DNA of 64,000 bases from Octopus bimaculoides (GCF_001194135.2 NC_068989.1:63471673-63535672), one strand, 5' to 3'; numbered from the stretch's first letter, positions 1-13,640 are shown. The notes: generated from the sequence alone by a model not told the origin. Program-made: numbers and translations.

Positions 1-839
1 ATTTATACCGGAAATGAAGGTGGCTAGATGCAATTTTAAAACAACAGAGAAATAATTCACAAGTGAGGAAGGGTGCAGTGAGTATCGGCATCGCTAGAAA
101 TAAGAGCAAAATAGAGCACGTGTTATATATATATATATNNNNNNNNNNNNNNNNNNNNNNNNNNNNNNNNNNNNNNNNNNNNNNNNNNNNNNNNNNNNNN
201 NNNNNNNNNNNNNNNNNNNNNNNNNNNNNNNNNNNNNNATATATATACGCAAGGAAATTGTTGATAGAGATTTCAGAGATTCAGCTTACCCTCATCTGAC
301 AGATGCATTGTTTGTGTTCTTGTTCGCTTTATATAGTCTTCGGCAAGTTGTTTAATTTGGAGAGATAATTGGACCTATGTAAATGATAATGGAATATCGT
401 GTAGATAGGCCGTGGAAGTATGTAAGAAAAATGATAGGAAAGGATGCCATGAAAGTATGAGCTAGTAGAGCGTGGATTAATAGAGTTAAGCATAAGGTTA
501 GCAATTTTAATAAAGGGGATTTTTCTGAATTACAGTTGCACCCATTACTTGCTTCAATCTTAATTTCATCAGCTGCTAAGAGATGGAAGGTAAACATATC
601 TTCTCTGGATTTCAACTCAAGACGCATACAGCCGGAAGAATTAAGGCAAAATACTTTATCTGACGTTCTACCAATTCCATTTAATCCATTGATTTACCAC
701 TTCAAGTAATACTGAAGCTAAACATTTCGCTTTCTTCAGTCTAAATGGCTAAATATTGCTGTTTCACATGTGTGTGTGTATCTCAGAGAGAGTCAACGAT
801 TTTATATGCATGTGTGGCTCAATATTATTGTGTTTACAA

Positions 840-1058
840 GGCGGTGAACCGGTAGAAACGTTAGCACTCCGGGCGAAATGCTTACCGATATTTCGCCTGT
901 CTTTACGTTCCGAATTCAAATTCCACCGAGCTCGACTTTGCCTTTCATCATTTCCGGTTCGATAAATTGAGTACCAGTTGCATACTGGAGTCGATCTAAT
1001 TAACAGGCCCAGTACCCAAAAATTGCGGGCCTTGTGCCTAGAGTAGCAAAGAATATCA
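840..1058 (+). mobile_element. tRNA-derived SINE, family A (GGCGGYGAGCTGG head, TTTGCCTTTCATC core)
   Basis: The same head and core (GAATTCAAATTCC..GACTTTGCCTTTCATC..GTCGATAAATTGAGTACCAG) recur at 30843, 50682, 57805 and 58022. Confidence 0.85.
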
Positions 1059-1514
1059 TTGTGTTTACTAGGTTGAGTACACATGAATGTACTAACAAGA
1101 ATGTTTCTATATCGCTTATATTAGACAGTCACACACCTTGGCAGAATCAAGGTGTGTAACTGTACGTACCGTACCTGGACACGCGTCGGTGCTGATTCAG
1201 CTTGAGGTCGAGTGCTGAATTCCCTACCGATGCAACTGTGAGGAATTGCGTGAAGAACACAATTTTCTCTTCTTACCATTTTTTATAACAGCTAACGCCA
1301 TAGATATATCTGTTTCATTGCCATATTTCACACCAATAGTGCTACATATTTTTGACTACGTTTTGCACAAGAGATTATTTTTTTTTTAAATACTCCTCTA
1401 TGACATTTCAGTTAAATTGAAAAAAATAATATGTCTTAATTCTAGAAAATTATTGAAGTCTGTTTCTCGTTCCGTCATAATTGCTTACAATGATATGTTA
1501 ACAATTTTCAAATC

Positions 1515-1869
1515 GGTGGAGGTGCAATGTCCCAGGGGTTAGGATTACGGTTTCGATTCCCAGACCGGGCGCTGAGAGTGTTTATTGAGCGAAAATACCT
1601 AAAGCTTCACGAGGCTCCTGCAGGGGGAGGTAGCCAACCCTGCTGTACTCTTCCACCACAACTTTCTCTCATTCTTACTTCCTGTTTCTGTTGTGCCTGT
1701 AATTCAAAGGGTCAGCCTTGTCACAGTGTCACACTGAATATCCCCGAGAACTACGTTAAGGGTACACTTGTCTGTGGAGTGCTCAGCCATTTGCACGTTA
1801 ATTTCACGAGCAGGCTGTTCCGTTGATCGGATCAATTGGAACTCTCGACGTCGTAAGCGACGGAGTGCC
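1515..1869 (+). mobile_element. tRNA-Arg-like SINE (octopus OR-type), full length with 15-bp TSD
   Basis: tRNA-like head with B-box GGTTTCGATTCC; close second copy at 32527-32914; AACAATTTTCAAATC duplicated at 1500-1514 and 1870-1884. Confidence 0.9.
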
Positions 1870-2536
1870 AACAATTTTCAAATCAACTGAAGAGTAACAA
1901 GTATTTTTAATTCTTTGAATTATAAATTTTCTAAATATCAACAGCCGTCCTAGGCACACATTGCAACGCGAAGTTTGAAATTACTGCTTTATATTTGCAT
2001 ACACTAATCAGCAACATGAAACAGCAACGGGAAATTGCTTTTCTTCCTCCATATATTGGGTTTCATGCATTGAAATTAAAATCTGTTAATGCTAATTGGT
2101 TGTGGCATTGTACAATAATTCGAACGAACATTAATCTAATGTTGTCTTTATTTCTGGTTTATCGAATGAGATAGGGGAATCAAATTTATCATGGAAAGTT
2201 GAGTTAAACATCAATAGAGTCTTATTTGGACTGGAAAAATCATGGAATTTATTCGATAAAACTGGTAAACAGTAAAGATTTTGGCGTGATGTTCATGTAT
2301 GAGTTCTATGAGTTTAATTGTCGTAACGAGAGAAAAACTGACATTTCCTAACCAAAAGGTTAGTTAGTTTGTTCTTCACGTCAACTAAAATTATCAAACT
2401 CGTCTATGACATTATCTGCAGTTTATGATGTGGAGAATTTACGTGGGACTCCATGTATAGCATCCGGGTTATCTAAGTAATATATTTCTCTTCATCTATA
2501 TATCCATCTCTCTCATTCCCCCTCTCCTTTCTCACT

Positions 2537-2614
<78 letters not shown>

Positions 2615-3501
2615 ATCTGTAATAGTGATATCCAAGGATTAAGGTGCAGGATGTTAGGATACAATTCAATAACGATTGAAGAAATTTTACATGTTAGTTT
2701 TCAGAATCATCAGTGACAATCGAAGAAAACTTTTGACTAAACCGGCTACATATGAATGTATGTGATCGCGCGTGTGTGCGCATTCATATGTGCGTAAATT
2801 ATACTCCGTGAGACAAGCAAGCTTATATTTGACCAAGTTACAACTCAGCGGTATCGAAATCAGAATTTATTCACTGCAGGGGGAATTTTCTAACCATCTG
2901 TATAGACTATGCCTACACACAGATCGCATACGCATACATATATTACATTTTGTAACAACTGTATTTCTCACTTTATACACCTATATGTGTGTGTTTGTGA
3001 GTACGTTCGTCCATGTGTCTCTATGTATGTTTGTAAATGTGTGTGAAATACCATTCTTACAACGTATATAATACCACGTTTTCCGCTTGTCGTAAAAGAA
3101 ATTAATGGAGTAGTGAGGCGAAAGATTTAGATAAAATATGAATATTTTTAAAAATACAAAAGACAATGTTTTGTATGTGTGTGTGTTCTTTTTTTATACA
3201 GAAACAATGGAAGATTAGAAGATTTAATTTATAGATCTTTCAACAAGAAGAAAATAAAGAACCATTGTCTCTGCTTTTTGAAATAAATTAAAGTGTTTAT
3301 CAAATTTAGATTCTAAAGTGGTGATTTATCAAGTGTAAATTTAAACTCTCTTCATTAATCTAGAATAATTATTTTCAAAGTAAACGAATAGAAATATATT
3401 GCTGTTTATTTATGTATACATGCTTGTGAGTGCGTTTGTTTGTATGCATGAATGTCTGCATATATGTATTTCCCCACCATACGCACACATCTTTAAGTAT
3501 A

Positions 3502-3589
<88 letters not shown>

Positions 3590-3959
3590 AAACATACAAA
3601 TACATATATACGTATGTACGTATGTATATATTTATTTATTTGTATGTATATATGTATGTATGATTGTGAATATATTTATGAATTACATATGCATACTTAC
3701 ACACATAGAAAAGCACAAGTATATGCATATTATTGGAAAGAACGGTGTTTTATTTGCCCTTAATTGATATAATTGAAACGAGATTTTATGTTCCTTCACT
3801 ATTAATAAAATAATCTCATCTATTTGGCCAAGTGTTGATCCTTCGGATGTAACATTATTTTGTTTAAACTCTTCACTTCTAACTAATTTCGCAATGAAAA
3901 AATAATAGTCAGAGAGAGCAGGAGAGTAAGGAGTATTCTATACTTCGTGCCATAATTAT

Positions 3960-4720
3960 TTCCTGTCGTGCGCAATATGTTGTCTTACTGCATCATTGAA
4001 CTGTAACACACATTTACAATTGACCAATGATAAACACTTTTCTGTATTTTCTGTAAGCTGCGCACACCTTCCAAATGACAATAACCTTCTGTATTAAGGT
4101 TTTAATTTTGATTTAAAATTTCATGATTTATGGCACTTTTTACATCTCCTTAAACATAGAGCCTACTTTTCCGTTATAGTCCTGGTTTGGGAATTGTTCT
4201 TCGTCTTCCAGTGGGTGCTAAGTATTGTTGTTCTTTTCATTGGATATGATTACTTAGAACCAACATTTCATCACGTGTCATGCTTCTGACAGGAAAATAT
4301 TTGGAAGCACGTCTCCTTTTCAATGCTGAGACAAAGGCAACGCTTTGATTAAGCAATGAAACAGTCGCATGATGAGGGATCCACCAACTAATTTTAGACA
4401 TTTTTTGTGTGAGTTGGAATTAACTGATTTGCTAATTCTTCTGCCATTCGTTTTGGATTTTTCACAACTACGGTTTTCAGAAGCTGACCATTGACAGATA
4501 TTCGTCGACCAAATACGAAGGAAGCTGTGAGAGAAACATTTTCCAAGCCAAACTGGTTAGACCATCACTGGCATATCCGGACACTTATTGCTCGATTTCC
4601 TTACAGAAACTCAATAATTCATTCTGAAACCGTTCCCGAAGAGATTATTTGTATTTATAAAGCATGCAGTGCCCGATATGAGTCTTCTCTAAACCAATTT
4701 TAAAAGAAAGCATAACATCG
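3960..4720 (-). mobile_element. decayed mariner transposase
   Basis: Minus-strand fragments AISVRICQ*W..FG (HTH), KNPK..EELA, WIPH and a TCDE-like catalytic region; many stops and frameshifts. Confidence 0.65.
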
Positions 4721-5057
4721 ATACGAATTTTACTACTGTAGCATAAAGTAAACTACAAAGAAAAATACAGATATTATAATGCAAAATTAGTGCTGATTCT
4801 GCTGAAATTATAGTAAAGGTCCGCTCGAAGCAATTATGCCAAATATACGACAGAACCTTTCAATCGGATATAATATGTGCGAATGTATGTATGTGTATAT
4901 TCATACATATACACAGGTATATATACATATATATGTTTGTGTGTGTCCTCACGTACCACCTCACCTTTTTGTGAATTCTCCCTATATATGTGTATATATA
5001 TATGCATGTATACACACACACACACACATATATATGTATATATATATATATATGTGT

Positions 5058-5111
<54 letters not shown>

Positions 5112-5762
5112 TAATAGTAATGGTATGACAACAAAAGAATGAATTTGACCTCGATATTATGTAAATAGAGGAATTTAACTGTAATATAATATATGACAAT
5201 TATTCGGTTGCCATAATAAAACTCCGAGTTTCGGATGTCGGGGTGGAAATCTGCTCTAGCATCTTGTCAGTTATGAGGGCAATCAAAAATGCTATGAAAT
5301 GACCGTTAATCAAAGGGAAGTTAATATGTTAATGACCGTTATTAAGACAAAAGAGCGATTATAATGACCGTTAAATAAGGGGAAAAGGCCGAAGGGGAGA
5401 AAGTAGAAAGTAAAATGTAAAGAAGCTCATAGAAATCGCGCATGCGCGCATGTACATACATACACATGCCTGCAGGCACACCCACCTACATGAACCTATA
5501 TGCATATGCTCATTCGCACTCGCGAGAAACACATAATGCACACCCACACATATGCCTATATATGCACATATATATATATATATGCAGCCGTTCATGTACA
5601 CATATAAATATCCGCACACACGAGTGCACACGCACACACACGTGCATATACCCATACGCGCGTATGGGTATGTGCACGTGTGTGTATAACTTTATCATGA
5701 AGTACGTTTTAGTACGGTTTTCATTCTTTGCGACCATATTTTTCAAATACAAGAGACATTTT

Positions 5763-5831
<69 letters not shown>

Positions 5832-5967
5832 TTTTTCTTTTATTCTTGTGAAGGCTTCGTAGTAGGCAGCAGGTAGTTGCAGTACTAAAAGAATATTTGA
5901 TAGGAGGAATATGTGCTCTTGGTTTTCATTGTTTAAGCAGCAGTAGTCGAGGAAGGAGGGAAGAGGC

Positions 5968-6063
5968 GAAGAAGAAGAAGAAGAAGAAGAAGAAGAAGAA
6001 GAAGAAGAAGAAGAAGAAGAAGAAGAAGAAGAAGAAGAAGAAGAAGAAGAAGAAGAAGAAGAA
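5968..6063 (+). repeat. (GAA)n microsatellite
   Basis: Direct reading. Confidence 0.98.
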
Positions 6064-6066
6064 TAC

Positions 6067-6639
6067 GGGAGTGGTATGACAGTCGTAAGATGTTGGTGGG
6101 ATCCTTTGAAATGGTCAAGTATCCTAAAAGTGACCGGATGTGGTTTTAATAGTAATGATTAGAATTGTTCTGAATAAATTCATGGGTAGTGACTGTTATG
6201 AATATATCGTTTTTAATATTTGCGTGAGTATTATTCTAAGGCCCTTGTAGTAGTGTCATTTGTGGTAGACATAATGAAAAGGGGCATATACTTTGTGGTA
6301 AAACATGACTCTCTCTGAATGCGATCATTATAGTTTGCATCGTCCCTGAATTTATTGTGGGATAAGATTCAGGAGTTGGGTTTTTCGTTAGTGCTCGCTG
6401 AATGCTATTTTTCTTTAATCCCGAATTTTGATCTGAACTCTATATTGAGTCATCCTTTTACTTAGACTGCTTCTAGTTTGGCCAATGTTTTGCTCTCGAC
6501 ACCCTGAGCAAGTTAATACATACATATGGTTTTCCGAACAATTCCAATCATTAATATTACAATCACAACAGGTCACTTTTAGGTCACTTGACCATTTAAG
6601 AGGATTCCACAGTCATCCTTCTACTGTCATATCACTCCC
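6067..6639 (-). mobile_element. Penelope-like element fragment (GIY-YIG endonuclease) with ~108-bp inverted terminal duplication
   Basis: Minus strand 6540-6279 reads SENHMYVLTCSGCREQNIGQTRSSLSKRM..SEH..RIQRESCFTTKYMPL, matching the PLE GIY-YIG pattern; 6067-6174 is an inverted copy of 6532-6639. Confidence 0.75.
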
Positions 6640-6644
6640 ATAAT

Positions 6645-6753
6645 TTTCTTCTTCTTCTTCTTCTTCTTCTTCTTCTTCTTCTTCTTCTTCTTCTTCTTCT
6701 TCTTCTTCTTCTTCTTCTTCTTCTTCTTCTTCTTCTTCTTCTTCTTCTTCTTC
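6645..6753 (+). repeat. (TTC)n microsatellite running into a gap
   Basis: Direct reading. Confidence 0.98.
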
Positions 6754-7374
6754 NNNNNNNNNNNNNNNNNNNNNNNNNNNNNNNNNNNNNNNNNNNNNNN
6801 NNNNNNNNNNNNNNNNNNNNNNNNNNNNNNNNNNNNNNNNNNNNNNNNNNNNNNNNNNNNNNNNNNNNNNNNNNNNNNNNNNNNNNNNNNNNNNNNNNNN
6901 NNNNNNNNNNNNNNNNNNNNNNNNNNNNNNNNNNNNNNNNNNNNNNNNNNNNNNNNNNNNNNNNNNNNNNNNNNNNNNNNNNNNNNNNNNNNNNNNNNNN
7001 NNNNNNNNNNNNNNNNNNNNNNNNNNNNNNNNNNNNNNNNNNNNNNNNNNNNNNNNNNNNNNNNNNNNNNNNNNNNNNNNNNNNNNNNNNNNNNNNNNNN
7101 NNNNNNNNNNNNNNNNNNNNNNNNNNNNNNNNNNNNNNNNNNNNNNNNNNNNNNNNNNNNNNNNNNNNNNNNNNNNNNNNNNNNNNNNNNNNNNNNNNNN
7201 NNNNNNNNNNNNNNNNNNNNNNNNNNNNNNNNNNNNNNNNNNNNNNNNNNNNNNNNNNNNNNNNNNNNNNNNNNNNNNNNNNNNNNNNNNNNNNNNNNNN
7301 NNNNNNNNNNNNNGAGGGAGAAAGCAAGGGAGAAATGAATATAGGAATAAAAGAGGATTTTGTTACAGTTGCTG

Positions 7375-7375
<1 letters not shown>

Positions 7376-7451
<76 letters not shown>
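7376..7451 (+). repeat. (GATA)n microsatellite
   Basis: Direct reading. Confidence 0.98.
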
Positions 7452-7484
7452 GTACTGAACACCCCAGACAAATTATTCAATATA

Positions 7485-7740
7485 TATCATGTGATCATAT
7501 GACCCACAAGGATATCACATGCTGTTACACATTGCTTATCACAATGCGCGTTTGCTTTGCTTTAACCATCAAATAAAGCCACTCAGCTGGGTACACGAGC
7601 AGGCCAACATTCCTCCTGATTGAAGGGGGACATGAGCAATGTTAAATGAAGTCTTTTGCTCAAGTACACAACGTACCGCCCAGTGAGGGAATTGAAACCT
7701 CGATTTGGCGATCGTGAGTGCAACAGCTTAAACTAGGATG
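7485..7740 (-). mobile_element. decayed CORE-type SINE
   Basis: Minus strand has a tRNA-like head (GGTTTCAATTCC) followed by GTGTACTTGAGCAAAAGACTTCATTT; the same module is seen at 33846 and 50390. Confidence 0.6.
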
Positions 7741-8149
7741 CGCAACTTTAACCTGTATATATCTAGTTTACGCATAAATTTGAAGTGAAAATTTAAGCAA
7801 TATTGCGATTTTAGGCATTAGAGTGGCACTTCATCAGACTTGCATCAAAGGTAGGTTTTCACATTTTAGGTTAACTATTCAGACAAAGTGAAAGTGAAAC
7901 CCGGTCGAAGAGGAGTGCGCCGCAGTGAGCATGGCGAGGGCAATAACCTCTTGCACGGGCATGCCGACATTTTGGTTGGTAGGCAATGGTCAGTAATGAT
8001 GGCACTCATTTTCGCGTTGACAACCATCATATATATATAATATTATTTATATTATTATATGACTGAACCCCACTCATCCATTTTCAAGTAAGTGTTATCT
8101 TTATAATTCCGATGCGCACTCTATCCCTCTCTATTTTTTCTATCTATCT

Positions 8150-8795
8150 CTCTCTCTTGTTCTTCTTCCTTTCTGTTTTTCTATCCTACCCTCTGCCTAT
8201 TCTTCTTCTCTCCCTTTCCCTGTTCCCCTCTCTCTCCTCCTCCTCCTTGACTCTCTCGTTGCTCACACGTGACCATCAGATATCTATCTTTCATTTTTCA
8301 ACTTCCTAAAGACAAGACGTGCTTTTACCTATCTCTTCTCAAAGTTGGTTTTTTCAGCGTTAACCACTTTACATCGTCTTGGCTTAACAGTCCTCACCGT
8401 TTGTGTTTACTGTTTTCTTCTTACTGTCCTGTTTTTGTTACCACTTTAACCCTCCGCAAAAAATGCCAAATTTTATTTAATTTGCTTTGCGGGGAGGACT
8501 GTTTTAATGAAGTCATGTCTTGTCCATGCCTTGGAAACGCGGATTAGATAAAACAGGGGACAACTGATGAAGGTAATGTTCTTTATGTTGCCTGCCTCGT
8601 TTCTCTATTTGTTTCTTTCGTCGTTCGAACAATGTTCGTTTTCTATGTATTTGTCTTTTATGTTCTCATTTCTCATTTTGTTAATGTTATTTTGATGTCC
8701 TGTACCCATATATGCATGCATATATACATATATATGTAGGTATGTACATATATGTATGAGTATATGTTTATATTTATATATTATTTATTTATATA

Positions 8796-8830
<35 letters not shown>
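8150..8830 (+). mobile_element. interspersed repeat (probably Penelope-related, non-autonomous) with hammerhead-like motifs, ending in (TA)n; copy 1
   Basis: Collinear with the reverse complement of 13823-14535 over ~600 bp; contains GAAACGCG and CTGATGA motifs. The Penelope link is inference. Confidence 0.75.
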
Positions 8831-8840
<10 letters not shown>

Positions 8841-8849
8841 AATAATGGC

Positions 8850-9097
8850 TTAGACAAATAGTCTAGAAGCCCAATATGTTAAGAGCAAATACACACTTAC
8901 CATCAGGTTACAGGATCGAGAGTATATACGGTTATTGTATCCCTCAGTTGATTACTATAACCGCCCAATGTAAACAGAGTTAGCAGTTATAGTAATCGAC
9001 TAAGGGATTAAATAACCGTATATATTATCCATCTTGTAGCCTGGTGGTAAATAATTATTTGTTCTTAACATATTGGGCTTCTAGACTATTTGTCTAA
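8850..9097. repeat. ~250-bp hairpin (112-bp arms, 24-nt loop)
   Basis: 8850-8961 is the reverse complement of 8986-9097 with scattered mismatches. Confidence 0.9.
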
Positions 9098-10065
9098 GAT
9101 ATGTCTTTTTTTTCCTTTTCCCTCTTCCTTTTGTTTATATTGTATGCTCTCCTTTTCCCCTCTGATGAAGATCTGTTGCCTTAATTCGAATGCCCTATGA
9201 AGATGAAGAATTTTATTCTTGCATTTATGTATAGACTGCATTTTGGCAATCCGATTAGTAACGGCCGTAAGATATGTTACGTCACCTATTTTGTTATGTT
9301 ATGCTTTGTATTAAAAAATGAGCTATAAACGTGGTCCAATCGATGTGTTGGTTAATCTGTGGTTTTCTCCATTTTCTAATTATATATATATATAATATAT
9401 ATATATATATATAAAATATACAAGAATAAGGGCAGAGAATCGTCAATTAATAATAGAATTAATAATTAACAACTCTGCCAAGTAGTTCAGTATGAAAAAA
9501 ACCTTTATCGGTAAGACTATTTATCATTATAAATATACAGGGATTAGCAATTGAGTTGCTTCTCCAACATACTGAAAATTTAGAAATAGCAGTCAAAGAA
9601 CTACTGATTCCAAACTACAAATTTTCTCTAAAGTGGATGGCGATATTTATGGCACACATAGAACAAAAAACCGGAGGGAAAAGCNNNNNNNNNNNNNNNN
9701 NNNNNNNNNNNNNNNNNNNNNNNNNNNNNNNNNNNNNNNNNNNNNNNNNNNNNNNNNNNNNNNNNNNNNNNNNNNNNNNNNNNNNNNNNNNNNNNNNNNN
9801 NNNNNNNNNNNNNNNNNNNNNNNNNNNNNNNNNNNNNNNNNNNNNNNNNNNNNNNNNNNNNNNNNNNNNNNNNNNNNNNNNNNNNNNNNNNNNNNNNNNN
9901 NNNNNNNNNNNNNNNNNNNNNNNNNNNNNNNNNNNNNNNNNNNNNNNNNNNNNNNNNNNNNNNNNNNNNNNNNNNNNNNNNNNNNNNNNNNNNNNNNNNN
10001 NNNNNNNNNNNNNNNNNNNNNNNNNNNNNNNNNNNNNNNNNNNNNNNNNNNNNNNNNNNNNNNNN

Positions 10066-10097
<32 letters not shown>

Positions 10098-10289
10098 TGT
10101 ATCCCATAAGTAATTTATGAGGACTTCTATATTTTCATTTTGTATACACTTTATCAGTATTTTAGAATGTCTAATAGCATCAAGTAATATTTGTATGTAT
10201 TTGGGAGTATTTAAACTAACTAAATTTTATTTTGCAGGATAATCTAATTGAAATTTCTCTAATTTTAGCTCTTCAAACTTTGAAGTGTT

Positions 10290-11340
10290 TAAGGAGCATT
10301 TGAGGCACATAATACGTTATGAGTTTTAAAAAAGGAACTCTGCAGCTGAAGTGCCTCGAAATATTCACCCAGCTTATGGAGAAGAATGCCTGTACGAAAC
10401 AACTTGCATAAGACGGTTTGTAAGATTCAGATGTGGAGATGTCAGCCTTGAAGATGATCAGGGCGTCTATTTGAGTTTGATGACAAACTCCTTTTGGCAG
10501 AACTTGAAAAAGATCATGCCGTTTCAGTTAGAAATTTGAAAAACAAGCTTCGTTCAAGCCATACAACTGTTCACCACCATCTTCAATATCCTAGAAAGGT
10601 CACAAAACTCGGAAAATGTGTTCCCCATGATCTTTCTGAAGGCAACCGTAAATCCCGATTGCACATTTGCTCCTCTCTTCGTTCTCGTCAACATATCTCG
10701 CCCTTTTTAGACTGCCTGATGATAGGTAATGAAAAATGGGTCTTTTACGGAAATGTTAAGCGTGGGAATTATTAGCTTGGTAAAGCGTAAAAGGCCCAAC
10801 TACAACCTAAAGTGGAACACGGAAAGAAGTTACTTCTCTCTGGTGGGATTGCAAAGGAGTCATCCACTTTGAGTTCTAACGAACTAATGCAACAATCAAT
10901 GCTCAAATCTATTGTCAGAAATTAGTGCGTTTGATCGCTGCTTTGAAGAAAAAAAAAGCCTGCTTTAGTAAATGGAAAGTGATTGGTGTTAGATTGGGAA
11001 AATTCAAGACCCCAAACGAACGCGCCACGGAAGGTCGAGAAATTTGGCTGGGTGGAAATGCGCAAATCTACTGTCAGAAATTAGTGCGTTTGAACGCTGC
11101 ATTGGCAGGGAGGAAATTACTCATCCGTCTTATTCTTCAGACCTTGCTCCTTCAGATTAGCATTTGTTCCGTAGTTTATAGAATTATTTGGATGGATTAA
11201 TTCTCGAAATAACTGAGAAATTTGAAACTGACCTTTCAGAGGTCTTCTCTTCGAAACCGAACGAGTTTTGCACTAACAGAAATAAAAGGCTTACGTGTAG
11301 ATGGAAAGACATCACAGATAATCTGAGAAACTATAAAACC
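10290..11340 (+). mobile_element. decayed mariner transposase, near full length
   Basis: EHLRHIIRYEF..KGNSAAE, CVPHDLSEGN, GNEKWVFY, HPSYSSDLAPSD motifs across frameshifts. Confidence 0.9.
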
Positions 11341-13602
11341 AACAAACTATCGCAATGCATTCACGTGTAATTTTTCAGCAACTATCAAAGGAACTGAAAT
11401 ATATAATGAATATATAAACATCAATATAATAATATGTCATTAGTTCATACGTTGGCCATACAGATGTAACTGGAAACAAGAACAATCAGTTGCAAAATAT
11501 AATTCATTTGAAAATCTATACCCACTGAAAAGGCCATTCATTCAATATGACGAGTTATTTTGGGGTGAGGAAAGGGGTAAATACAGACAACAAACGTTGT
11601 GTGTATAGATTTTAATAATATGGCTTTTCCAAAATATATAGAAAATTGGTTTCAGTAGACGGTTCCAGATCGAAAATCTGGCAAAATGAATTTAAAGGTG
11701 ATCTATATTTCTTTTCAGTCTACGCAGTTTTATATTATTATCTGTTGGTTATTTTTTTTATTAGTATTTCATTATTTTAGATGTAAGTATTCTCTAAATT
11801 ACTGAGTTGTTCATTAGTTACCTCCTGATGAAACATTGTGTGCTCTTATATAGTAGTTATTTCTTGTGTTATTTTTGGCTAGGAGTTACCATGATTTAGT
11901 ATATAAGAGCATTGTATTAATTTTTTAAAGCATACATTATTATACCCATATCAAAGACTAAATCAAGTGTTCTGTGACCTGAATCTAGAAATTCACAACT
12001 ATGTGATCTCGGACCCTCGTAGTATTTTAAGGTAAGGTTTCAATAGAAGATAGGGTTTTGTTTCGTCATTTAGGGTAATGCGTTTTGCTTACTATATCAA
12101 TATCTCTGTTAACTTGAATTGATGCTACAATAAAGTACAATACAGAGTTGCATATCAATATGAATTAATCTAATAATGCTTTCTTAAACTTTCAAATTTC
12201 CCTAGTATTTATAGTCAATACAACCACCTTAAGTCTATTTCGTTCGTGGTTGCTACAGTGCTAAGTAATAAATTATTAATCCTTCAAGAATACTATATCT
12301 TGTATTTATACGTAAAAGATTTATGAAAATAAAGTTGATCTTCTTTTTCTCTTGAGTTATTTGTTAAACATCGTCAGCTTCAAATGATAATAAGAGAATA
12401 AAAATATAAATTTCTTTTATAGTTTATGTTCGCAATTAAATATATCTAAGTTAAGGTCGTTGAACTTTGTCTTCAGATTATCGCGTTAAGAATACACGAG
12501 TAACGAAGACAAAGTACCTATTGTGAAGAAACTGTGTTTCGCCACACAGTCAATTTGTAGTCGTTAGCTGTTAATTTGATGGCTTATTACTCTACGATAA
12601 AGAACACATGGCTCTGGGGGATAAAATGATGAACCCGGTCAGGAAACAAATAAATAAAATTTTCACAACCCGAATCAAATTGGTTAATAAATTAGCCACT
12701 CCTGTATGTATGTACGTAACATTTGTAAGGAAACAAAATGATATGAACTTTTACTTCTCTGGCATCGTTTTTGGAAAGAAGATAATAAGATACTATTAAA
12801 GAAGAAAATCTTGCAAAACATGAGTTTTATGGTTAAGAACTTAATCTGATCAAATAACAGAAATTCCAGAAAGTTCCCTACGACAGACGAAATATTTAGC
12901 CAATAATTATTTGAAGATATCGTTCATGCAATAATGTTTAGTATAAAAAAATAGATCATCCATCAGTCTTCGACATTACTAATGATGACTGACAAATACA
13001 TTTATATTCTTCATAATGAATTATATATCGCTTACATTTGATTCCTTGTATAGAAAGTATTCCAATCGTTTTATCAAACCTGTTCTAGGATGCTGTCTAA
13101 GGATTTGTTCACAGACCTAATTATACGGTGCTTTCTGGTTTTGTTTTTGTTGTTAGCTCTTTTGCTATCACAATATTCTGGTGTGAGCTACAACAACGAT
13201 GGATAAGTGTTTTTCACTAAACAATGTCTATGCAGTTGAAACAGGATTAGGAACATGGATTCAAGAGATAAATCTGAAAATATGACATACATGTCTTCTC
13301 TAAAAATCCTACTAATGCCAATCAAATATTTCTCTTATCATCAACATTCAACATTTAAAAGAGCCTAACACTATTTCGCGCTGTCGACAAATGCCAGAAC
13401 ATTTTTCATCAAGCCCAACGAAAAATATTAAATATGCCTTGAATTAACAGCGAAATGTTAAAATGTGTTCAATAAAATATGTTGAATAAAACGATTATTT
13501 AGCATTTCAAATTATTATATAGTTATTTCAGTGACTTGAGAGTGGCGACATAGTGTTGGTTTATTCTCTACTGAAAACACACACATATACACACAAACAC
13601 AC

Positions 13603-13640
<38 letters not shown>

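Noticed and set aside
1515-1600. tRNA-like sequences at SINE heads
   Set aside because: They continue into SINE bodies and lack a complete cloverleaf; not tRNA genes.
5299-5373. CRISPR-like repeat-spacer appearance
   Set aside because: 10-11-bp repeats, three copies, eukaryotic context and no cas genes.
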